Positions 39,443-50,250 of a stretch of DNA of 64,000 nt are shown piece after piece. A model generated the notes under the pieces. It had not been told where the DNA came from, ran no database searches, and saw only the letters and a list, made by a program, of their open reading frames with translations. Position 1 is the stretch's first letter; each line of letters opens with the position of its first letter. The position numbers and the translations under genes are program-made. Source of the DNA: Cystobasidiomycetes sp. EMM_F5. Lineage: Eukaryota. The stretch spans positions 248,001 to 312,000 of the forward strand of contig JBPGPT010000021.1 in NCBI GenBank assembly GCA_051047955.1, in the 5' to 3' direction.

Positions 39443-42400
39443 TTATAAACCCAGCATCTTCTTCCAGTCCTGGAAATCTGTCTCGCCTTCCAACCGGGGC
39501 ATCGTCATTGGCCATTGCTCTGCTAAACCTCCTTCCATTGGCTGTGTCAGCCAGGCCGCGTTCGGATCATTATTGTATATTGAGGGGTCGAAGTTGAAGA
39601 GCTTCTCGAAGGATAGGTTCTCCATAGGGTCGGGGTAATTTGCGGTCGCGGCTGGGGTCGCACTGTATTGATTGAAGAATGCATTGAACAAAGTATTGGG
39701 CGTCGGAGCAGAGTCTGGCGCCAACTGCTGCTGAGGGGTAGGAAGGTAGGTACTATTGGTCCCGCTGCTGCTTGCATACTGGACATTAGGCACAGCGGAC
39801 GTGAACGTCTCATTGCCAGACACCGGCGAAGGATTGCCAGACGAATAAGTAAGCGAAAAAGGAGACTGTTGCGAGCCAGGTCCGTTATGACTTGCGGAGG
39901 ATGACGGGGACGCCCCTTTCGCGGAACTCATTTCCTTGAGGTACCTTGTCCGCAAGTACTTCAGGGTACTTAAGCCTTCGGAAGCAACCTTGTTGACGCG
40001 AGACATAGCCTCCAACAGGCCCATCGCTTCCACCACGTACTGATCGATGGCCCATGCATTGGCGCTGCCAGGATCCTGAATTATGGCCATAGCAAGATTG
40101 GTAGAAGGTTCAAAGAGGTTAAAGGCATCTGATCGCGAGTGAAATAGTATCAGAGCTGCCGTACAGCAGGACAATGGAATTCTTACACCCGAAGTATGCC
40201 TGGTAGTGCAATGGCACATTGGACAGAGACTCTTTCGACAGTGTAATCATCCGCTGGGAAAGCATGACCGCAGCAGCTCGAGATCCAGCGTAGTGGTCCG
40301 GCTGACCGGGCTTGGGAAGGGGTCGCAAAAGGTAAGGCCTGTGAAGTAGTGCTCTGAGCCAGCAAGCCTCTGTAGTATGATTTTCCTTCAGTTGAAAGTG
40401 ACGCTCGACGGATGAGATAGGCTCACGGATTTGGAATGCAACGTATTGATCCTTGAGGTAAGGCTTTTCGATCATATCAATAATCGACGGATTCTTAAAA
40501 GCTAATGGGACTGCCTCATGCTCCGTTGCTGTCAGCAAGTTATCGAGCTCGAGTATCGTGCTGTAAGCTGCGCTCGAAAATTTCAGCTATGTTATCACGA
40601 TGGTTGATCTGTTTACGTACTTGGCGTAACACACGAGAAAGCACGGTCGATGACTTCGGCCATGACTTTGGACATTGCAATGCTGCAGTGCTGAAAGGCT
40701 GATTCATCCATGAAGAGCATCAGCATATTACCACAACATCTGCGGAAAACGGGGGCTCACTGGCTTCGGTACATTCGTGCATTGGACGCGCATTGGTCGG
40801 ACCTTCGGGCCGAAGATCCCGCTCATGCACGTTAGCAGGCAGTCCGACATCGCAGTGGCGGTCCATAATGATATACGGTCGCCCGTACGAGATGGAATGG
40901 CCGCGATCAGCTTGCACGAGCATATGCCACATTCGGCGCCGAATTTCACATTCGAAACCTCCGAGACCCCACGAAGGCTGTGTATCGAGTGATTAAGCTA
41001 CCGCGACCTTTCCTACGACACATAGGAGCTTACTGCTGGTTCACGGTGTAAACCCTACGAACCGCGCATATGAAGCGTCAGTCTTGCATAACAAGTATTC
41101 TAGAAAAACCACGCTCACCATGCTTTGAGCGAATCGAATAGCCTGTGTGACATAGGTGAAGCCAAGCGAAGGACATCCTGCTATTTTAAGCCAACCTGCT
41201 TGCGCGAGTATAGCGACAATGATGGCATAAGTTGGCTGCTCCCTCCGTTCGCTTGCCATGAATGACGCCCTCGATGCTTCGTAAAGGACCGAGGCCAGAT
41301 GCTGGCTGTCTGGATCTTGCATGGTCCCAGGCTGCATCAAGAGTGCGCTAGAGAGCATCACATATACTAGCGACAAGAAAGCTAGCGAATTTGGCGATGC
41401 CAACTGGGGAAACTTGGCTTTGCGTGCTTGCTCTGCCGTTGCGCATTTGTCTCGATCGGCTTCCTCCCAAAGTCCATCGTAGCACATCTGTATCGCAGCG
41501 CGTGGGAATATGCGGTTTCGATCCTGAAACATTGGTAAATTATAGAAGGCGTCAAACAGGAAGTGAGACATGGCTGGCGGAGGCAGTTTGGCCTTCTGTT
41601 CCTGAAGTTCGTCCGCAAGCTTCGTCATACGGATCGGTGCGTGCGCCATGGAAGCTAGGGATACCTGACCACCCGTGTACAGCGCTAGCTCGGATGGCCT
41701 TGCGCGCATATACCGCTCTTCTTGCACGTTGCCATCTTGGCCAAAAGCAGACGAGGACAACAGATCAGCAATGCTGCCTGGTCCGCTGTCTGTTAGAGCG
41801 GGAATATTCGAGTCAGAAGGCATTTATGAGAGATTGGTGCCTGGTCGCGGACTTACAAATTCTGGCCTCGCTTCCAGTCTCTTTCGATATAGCTTTGGAC
41901 AATTGCCCAAGAGCTGCAGCGGCAGCTTCTTCCACTGCACTCTGCGGGGCTCCGGCTGGTGGCTTGCTTAGATGAGCAGCAGGAGGCCTCATGCTGGTCG
42001 TAGGACCCAGCGAGTTTGCCGGTGATATATCGGGCCTAGGTGCGTTGATCAGGGTTGGAGGGGCATTCGAAAAACGTTGTTGAGTTCGAGACGTATCACT
42101 GCCCGTTGATGGAGGATTGGACTGGTTCCGTATGAGCTGTTCCAATTCTGCAACTCGCGCGGCCAGGTCATCATCTCCTGAGTTGCCAGATCTTTTGCGC
42201 TTGATGGCAGACCCAGCCGCGGACGCTGTCAAGGAAGGAGAGACTAGTTGAGTTGCTGATGAGGAATCATCTGTTTGCCCGCCCAAGGGCATGACCTTGC
42301 ACATGTCCGCCGTGCCTCTGACACAAATAATGGTCGAATGCATCAGTCTGCGGCGGGATCGATGATATTCGTCACCCTCACCTTTTGATGCACCTATCGC

Positions 42401-42840
42401 AAGGTATCTGTCGATTACACTTCTGCTTTCGTCTGTGGCAGGCGGAGCACGAGGTCTGCTGCCTTCGCCTGGTCCGCTTAACTTTGGCGACGCCAGAGGT
42501 GTTCGTTTCGTCCCCGTCTCCATCGCCCTCTCCTTCAGCATCGTCTTCTCCGTCGTCGTCGTCTTCCGTCTTTAGCACCAAAGGCATTGGCGCCGTCTGC
42601 ATAGTGGAGATTGATCCGAGGTCTCTTGCCATCGCAGCCTGGTCCATCTTCGGGAAGCTCATCGCAGCCGGGTGCATACTGAACGTGTATGGAGCAGTCA
42701 TGCTCATGTCCTGTTGTCTCCATACTCATCAGCTGGCGGTCTTTACGGCCACGCCCAAAACGGGAACTCGCCTGGCCGGGCCCACCAGTAAGTCCCTGCT
42801 GCTGCCGCATCGACTGCCCGAGCATCTCGTACATATTCAT
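39443..42840 (-). CDS. Zn(II)2Cys6 fungal transcription factor with fungal-specific TF middle domain
   Basis: CSACHRRKQKCNRQIPCDRCIKR, ARVAELEQLI coiled coil, AIRFAQSM, ADRGHSISYGRPY and LHRPYL. First exon from ATG 42840 is joined through a GC-AG intron. Confidence 0.9.
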
Positions 42841-43107
42841 GGTCAGTGCCGCTCACAGAGCTCGCTGGCTCTACTGCTAGAACTTCGTCAAGTGTGCGAA
42901 GCTGGTAACTTCGTAAAAGCCGTCGTGTCGGTCGGCGTAAGTTCAAAGACCGACGGCGGCGATTCGGGGAGGCAGCGATAAATGAGCGAAATGAGCATCG
43001 ACTTTAATGATCGCAACACTTGGTATAGGTACTTCTAGTATACATACGATGACTGCATGCTTCCCTGACCCGCCCTTCCTTGCCGTCCGGTACGACACAG
43101 GTCAGTA

Positions 43108-46100
43108 CTAGTACTGGTCTTCACTTGATGCACTACTCTCGTTATCGGCAGCCAGGAAAGCACGGCCCCTGTACCTTGCAACGCTTTCAATGTATTCCTC
43201 GTCCTCGCCGTCATCCAAACTGTAACCCCGACCGCCCTGGAAGGACAAAGCTACGGGAAGAAAGACCAGTCCGTGCAGTGCACCGCTGATGATTAGCGTG
43301 AGCCAGGTTCGGAAGTAATAGATCTCGAGCAACTTTGATCGTGTCAGTGCCAGAACACTGATCCCAATCAGCTTAGTAACCGTGATCCCACTGAACACGG
43401 ACGATCCGACGTCGACCAGAGCAGCGTACGACCGCTCGTCACGCTCGCGCTGACCAGCAGGATGGCTATGCGGGATGTTGCTGCCAGAGCTAATATCCAT
43501 TCCGCTGCCAGCGCCCATGAAAGCTCTGGCGATGTGCGAGCAAAACTCTACACCTATGCCGATAGAGATGACCAGGTTGACCAAAGAAATAGCATTCAGA
43601 CTAATGTGCCAGAGCCCCATGACGCCCATCACATTCGTCACAATCATGAGCACAGTGACCACAACGACTGCGCCAGTCCGCAAAGAACCGAGTACAGCGC
43701 TCGTCACGACGAAGACCGCTGTCAGAGCAAGGAAAAGTACGCCCCGCGTTACAGCCACAATGGTTGCGTATTGCTCGAAAAATACGTAGAAGAGAGAGTA
43801 TGCAAAGACGCGGCCGTTTGAGGAAGAGGCCAAATCTGCGCTTATACGGCGGGCACTAGCCAGCGCGTTGATGAAGTCAGATTGGCTCTTGAGAGGCGTG
43901 TGATAGGTTCGCATATGTGAAGCCGCCACTGAGGCTTGGTTGAAGTCGTCGTTATGCAAGCTAACGGCAGTGGAATATGCTGCTCGACCTCCAAGAGCGC
44001 AATCTTCATTGGCTGGCGATATGAGCCACTGACGTAAGTATCGCATGAATTCGTTGCCTTCTGGCAACCCTTCCATAGAGATATTCCAGCCAGGTTCAGC
44101 ATCCTCGTAACAGGGTCGACACTGAAACTCATTGTCGTTAGCACCACAGAATTGGCTCGCGTCTCGCCTCTTAACACTGCAGCACGTTTCCAAGACCGGA
44201 TTCAACCACTGAAAGTAATCGTCCAGCCATACCGCTGGTGTCTCGGCAATGTAGGATGTAGACGGGCGTTTCCTTTCAGCTTCAAGTACGCTGGGAATCG
44301 ACAGCTCGTTGCAAGTAGAAAAGCGACTGCAGAGACTTTGTTGACCAGCTCGATGTTCGACGTCTATCCCGTCACTGACGAAATAGACTGGTGGACCGAC
44401 ATCGAGCCAGGTGTCAAGGGCGTTAAAATAGTCAACTAGGTAGGAATCACGTGGAAGCGCCAGCCTTTGGTCTAGGCCAAGCTGGATGTAGTCGGTGCAG
44501 ATCCAAGACGCGACGAACAAACCTGAAAAGATGCCAAGAACCGCTAATTTGACTCGGCGTTTGAGCAAGATGGGCGCGTACACAGAACGGATAAAGCGCA
44601 CGACGATGCTCTCTGTCACGCGAATCTGCGGAGCGTTGGTGTTGGCAAGCCGCAGAACAGGGAAGCAATCGACACGATTACTCTGTTACACAATTGGGAA
44701 ATCAGTATGTCAATGCGCAACTTGAACAAATCGAAACCACCTCACCTCTATCCTTTTGGTATCGAGCGCCATCGCAGCAACAAATATGGTAATTTGTAAC
44801 ATAGCGTTGATGGCAACTGCTCCTGCAGCGTAAATTGCGAAATTTCGAACCGCAGGCATGCCTACGATAGCACCGAGAGCAAATGCGACTGTCTGACAGC
44901 TTGCACTGAGCAAGATGGACGGACCCATACGAGCAAGAGCACGCGCAATGCGTTCCTCTGCGGATGGAGTTTCCGGTGGATCGAAGAATTCCGCTCCAGT
45001 AGTGCCATTTCTGGGCAAAGCGGCCTGTGCGCGGGCATTTTGTCTGTCCAATTCGTGACCTAGAATAAAAACGTTGTCGACGCCGATCGCAAGAACGAGG
45101 AATGGTATGACTTCAGCGATGATGAGGGTAACCTTTACGCCGAGGATAGAGAAGATGGCCACCGAGGTGCTGACAGAGATCAGAACAATAGCGATGCCAA
45201 ACAAGCCCAGCAAAAACTTGCTGTCGATGAGAAGGCTTTGCAGCGCTGATGTGACCGCATGCCTGCTAGAGCGTACCGAAGCAGATGAGGATTGTGGCAG
45301 ATCTTGCGACTGATCCAAGGCGATTGGACCTGTCTTAGATTTGCGACTGAGTAGAGTATGCTGAATCTTGAGTATGATGGCCCAAGCGAGTCTAAACAAG
45401 CCCGCCCCAGTTCCGCCTAAGCTGACCGACACGTATAAGAACATGACGAGATAGCTTAAGACCACAATTGGGATGTCGGTGTTGGTCGAGTTGTTTAACT
45501 CCTCCTCAAGCGAGACGCCAGTCGAGTATGACAAGTCTATGGCATGGTTAACTCGAGCATCAATGGCTCGACCGGCCAGGTATCTTTTCAGCGCTGACTC
45601 CCACTCTTCTGCTCGCCGCACCTTTTGTGGGTCAAGCGAGTTATCAACTACGTAGGTTATAACTATGGCCTGGGCTTGGCTGGCCGGGATAGCATCATCG
45701 TGCCTCGGATCGCGGTCTCCGCTATAACCCGGTATTCCACCAAACAACAATCGTGGGTTGAGTGGTTGACCTGCTGATGACAAGCATGCTGTTGGATTCG
45801 TCGCGCAATTGTCGAGTCGCGATGCCCATGTCTCCTCAGTCACGCTGCCGAGCGAATCTCGGAAGTAGCCCATAAACGACTGGACTGTACAATCAGCCAC
45901 CGCTTTCATTTCGTCCGACTCGGCTGTCGGTGCAAAGCACACATCCGCTAGCGTGGTCCCGGCAGGAGATCTTAATGACCGGATCTGTGACTCGACATCA
46001 GCCCACCATTGTAAAGTTGGCCAGTCTAGCAATGGTCTGGGATCTGAGCTATGTTCGCGCCGCGACAGGAAGATTTGCTCTGTGCGGTAGAAAGGACCAA

Positions 46101-47703
46101 AGTGCTCTTCGAAAAACGTCTTTTGTTGAGCAAGCTCCGAGTCTTGGGATACCCAGAGACGAACGGGATCTTTCTCGATTGCGAACCTTGCCCATCCGCC
46201 ATTGAGAGCGCCGCAAATGACAAGGCCTGTCAATATAGTTGTGACTGGCCAGGTGGCACATCCTAAGCCGAGGCGGTAAAAGGCATTGCTCAGAACAGTG
46301 TTCAAGCGGTATGTGCGTGGCTGAGCGTAGCTGCCCGCTAGGTCGCCAGACAAAAGTGAGGCACCCTGTCCTAGCCTCTGCCTAGATAATGAATTCTGCT
46401 GACTGTCAGAGTCCGGCATATTGGCGGATGATGATCCAGATTGCAGGCGTCTGGAGCTGGAAGACCGTGTGCGCACGCTATCGCCATCATATGATTGCTG
46501 GGTAGACCCCGCTCCTACCAGAGAGCGTAATTTGGTTGTCCACCTTGGTCTGTCTAATCGAACTTGTCCATCGTTCTCTGGTGCCAGCGGGTCCTGCAGT
46601 CCCATTCCATCGTTCGAAGTAGGGGAATCCGGGGGAAGATGTATTCTACCTGTACCAGCACTCTTGTTTGGAAAGAAGGAATGCCTCCTCAGCCATAAAT
46701 CTCGTATGCCAATTCCAGCTACGAAAGACACGAGGACGATTGCATATGCGAGGATGAGAAAGAAGGATCCGCACGTTAGAACACCTATGTGACAATGAGA
46801 CTCTGTATCTGGTAGGGCAGGAAGCGAGAGACATCTGGCAGGGCAGTCCGTACACGCGCACGCGATATTGGGATCTGAGGATGCGCATGACAGAGGTTCG
46901 AGGTTTATTGGGGACAGCTTCGGGTCGACAGTGCCGTTAACTTCGTTTGCAGGCTGTGGAAAATTGATTTGGAAAGGCGAGCCAAGTCCAGGACGCTATG
47001 GGCGAGTTCGCCAGAATTAGCTTGTCGTTGTGCGGTGGTCAATCATTAGTGCAAGACAGCTTACCTCTTTGCCCATATACCGTAGAAAGGACAGCCAGTC
47101 CTTTGCACCCCCTCCGATGAATTCCATGGCAAAGCCATTAGTGGCGGCAAACTTGACGTCTTTACACGCATCAAAGAATGCTTTGCCGAATACTTCGTCG
47201 ACGTGTAGTTCGAGGCTTTTGACAGCCGGTCCTCTGGAATCGCCTAGATCCTGCACTTGACTGACAGTCACAAAAGTGCTCTGGTCAGGCGAGCAGGTGA
47301 ATGCGCAATAGAAGTTCCTGAAGGATGTGCTGCACGCAGGGCACATTGCAATGAAAGCTTGCGCCTGCTGTAGACTTTGAGATAGCGTCTGCAGGCTGGC
47401 TTCATTGCAGCACGTTGATGTCCATGACGCGGCCACTTCAGGACCACACACTGCTTCCAACGTTGCTGTAAATGTCGCTCCGCGTTCAGATGCTGCTACA
47501 GCGAGCTCATTGCGCACGCAAGGTAACGGCGTCCCAAAAGCTCCACCCTTGCTGCCGCAGGTTTCGCTGGATAACGAACATCGTCCGGCTTCTCGGACCG
47601 TATCTTGCCCCCAGCGGGTGTCATTCGAAGTCAGTGCAGACACCGATCTCAGCCAGGCCAGAGCTATCAGTGTCAGCCAGCTTGTAGGCACATCACGCAT
47701 CAT
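43108..47703 (-). CDS. NCR1: Niemann-Pick C1 / Ncr1 sterol transporter
   Basis: Signal peptide, Cys-rich N-terminal domain (CPAC..FYCAFTCSPDQSTF), EKDPVRLWV, FGPFYRTEQ, sterol-sensing domain (EVIPFLVLAIGVDN), GLDQRLALP and GIGVEFCSHI. Confidence 0.96.
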
Positions 47704-47949
47704 GATGGCAGCATTGATGTTATCTGGACAATGTAAGCTGAGACAAATGCACCTCCATCACAACCGCCACAACGTCCATCATGCGAAATACGCCTGACCG
47801 TTGCTTTTCTTACAGCAACTGGATGGCGTAAACTATTGCTACATTCTGAAACACTGAAACTGCAAGTTTGTCTGCTCTTTTGCTTTCTTTGCGTTTGGCT
47901 TCGTTTAGCCTTTGTTTTTCCTCTTTCTTTCGGCATTATGCGGCTACCC

Positions 47950-48865
47950 TCAGTGCGACGAGATGGTGCGAGCGAGTTTCTGCCCTGCTTCAGCTGCAGC
48001 ACGCTTCGCATCCTCATCTCCGTGAAGAATGTCAAAGGACGGCTTGCGCTGCTTTGCTGCACCAACGGGTGCACCCTCAGGTGCCTTCACTGCGGGGACT
48101 CTTCCAAGCTTTTGTACGGCAGCTTGGAAGAGGTCCTCCTCGTAGGCATCTCCGTTGGCGGACGAGGTACCGACAAAGTCTGCCCCGCTGCCTAAATTGA
48201 AGGTTCCCTCCTCGTCACTGCCGGACAGAACTGAGTCGTGGATGTAGGTGATGAGATACAGCTTCTTGGACGAAAAGTGATCTTTGAGGTAGGCAGCTCC
48301 AGCTTGAACGTCGGCAGAGATGACTTCGGACGAAGCGGCCGATGCGTCTTTGTAGTCTAGACGCAGTGCGGGTACCTCTGCGGATTTTGCAAACTTGTCG
48401 CCGAGGGTGGAGAAGAGGCCTGGTAGCCAGCACGTCAGCACTAGCGTTACGTTTGAGAGCAGGACTTTGGCTCAGCTACCATTTGGTCCAGATTGGCCAT
48501 CAGCATTTCCGACGGAGATGAGGATGACTGCCTCGTCCGAGTAGGTCTGATCACGGCCTGCGTGAATGGTAGCGGGTGCCGAGTGGTCTGTGGGCTGCAG
48601 TGACAGCAGTACGGATAGGGTAAGCCTGGCATGACGCGAGAATAGGGGGTTTATGCTAGCGTACCGTCTGCGGAGCGGATGGAGGTCAGCCAGAGCAGTG
48701 ATATATACTCACGCTCGTCACTACACTTACAGCTACACGGATGTAGGGCTTTGTAGCCAGCGTCTTGGATCGCGGACGCTGAGCGAAACCCGTGGAAGGG
48801 GGTGAGGTCGCGAGGGCGCTGGGTGATCCAACAGTAAACTTGTTACCTTTGCGTGGGGAGCTCAT
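47950..48865 (-). CDS. Alpha/beta-hydrolase-like protein lacking a GxSxG nucleophile motif (4 exons)
   Basis: Exons 48865-48731, 48667-48665, 48594-48480 and 48419-47950. Contains AVILISVG..GPNGLFSTLGDKFA..VPALRLDY..DVQAGAAYL and DILHGDED. C-ending codon bias. Confidence 0.65.
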
Positions 48866-49224
48866 CGTGGAGTAGCTGTGCAGAGTTGTGGGCGCCTTGT
48901 AACTGTTTGGAGTAGTAGTTGCGTTGAATTGGAAATGGTCAAGCTGGAACAAGGGGAATAATGCAGTTCGAGATAGCCGGAGGTATATAGTGCTAGAATG
49001 AGACAAACAAGCAGCCGACGGTGTTGACGATACATTCAGTAGGCTGCTAAACACAAGCCATGGTATGCTCATACCACGCTGGAACTGCACCCAGCCTAGG
49101 CTGGCTCGTGTGGCGAAGAGAGATGGGACATCAGCTGGTCCATTTGCCTCAAGTTGACCATTTTCCGACTGCGAAAGCAATTCCATAGCAAAATCAATCC
49201 GAACAAACCAAGTCACTGCCTATC

Positions 49225-50022
49225 ATGTCGAACCAGCTCAAAGGATTCGCATACCGTGAGCACAATTTGCTGGACGAAGGAGCCGCCAGACCTCGACTGA
49301 GACTGATTTTGAATTTGGCACTCTGTGACATTCTCAGTCCGCAAGCACTGGTATGCTACCGAAGCGCTCCCAATTGTCGCCGTTATCGGTGTAGCTGTAG
49401 GAGGTAGGTTGTCGGATACTCACACGGAGCAAGTCGGCCAGGCGCTCCAAGTCGAGCAGCAACGGTTTCGCTCGAGCTAGGCAACAGCAGTCAAGAAAGC
49501 CGAGTAATTGGGCCAAGCGGAGGACGAAAGTCATGTCTTTAGGCACCTGCCGCGTGCTGGTCTTGATAATTGCTGCCAACGGCATCGCAAAAGACCAGTC
49601 GACAATCTCTGCCTGGTCGGCCCCGCTCGACTGAATGCCTCCAGCTGCCGGAACGAGAACAGATCTGCCGACTGCCGTGCAATCTACGTCTGTCAAGCTG
49701 ATACCCGGATGCCCTGTCTGCAGGATGCGCTTGGTATCTCACCCGCCTGGCTCGAGGACCGGATGTCGTCTGGGATCGCAAAGGCAACGTGAGTGGAGAA
49801 GCAGCCTGCTGTACACATTGTTTCGCGATTCAACCAGCTAATGACTGCCTTTATCCAGCCCGAACCGTGGCAGAACGTCGACCCCAACAGCAACACTAAG
49901 CTTTCAGCCGTAAACCACAAGTTCGATAAAGAGTACAAGCGGAAGGAGGTGAGGCGACATGACCTGAAGGCGCTTGCTGATACACATCAACTGATGATCA
50001 AATTTATCTGCATCAGTGGTAA
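49225..50022 (+). CDS. NDUFA4: NDUFA4/MLRQ (B12D) mitochondrial respiratory-chain subunit, 5 exons
   Basis: Manual splice: MSNQLKGFAYLRKHWYATEALPIVAVIGVAVGGCAWYLTRLARGPDVVWDRKGNPEPWQNVDPNSNTKLSAVNHKFDKEYKRKEW*. Confidence 0.88.
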
Positions 50023-50250
50023 GCTTCCACACCTCCTGGCGCAATCTCAGACTACTTTTATTCGACTATCCGCATTGTATGCTAGCGAGCCTGTAGCCTC
50101 TGGATAACCTGCTACAATTGAGAACCTTGATACATCTATATGGCTCTGCTACATGATCGGCTATAACCAAGCCTGCAGCCTCGAATAAATTTAGCAGATG
50201 CAATCCTATTACCGCAGAACTGACTTGCGGCGTGAATGCTGCGGCTCAGT

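Noticed and set aside
49519..49535. GAGGACGAAAG, a hammerhead-like half motif in the NDUFA4 intron
   Set aside because: No upstream CTGANGA and no stem II partner.
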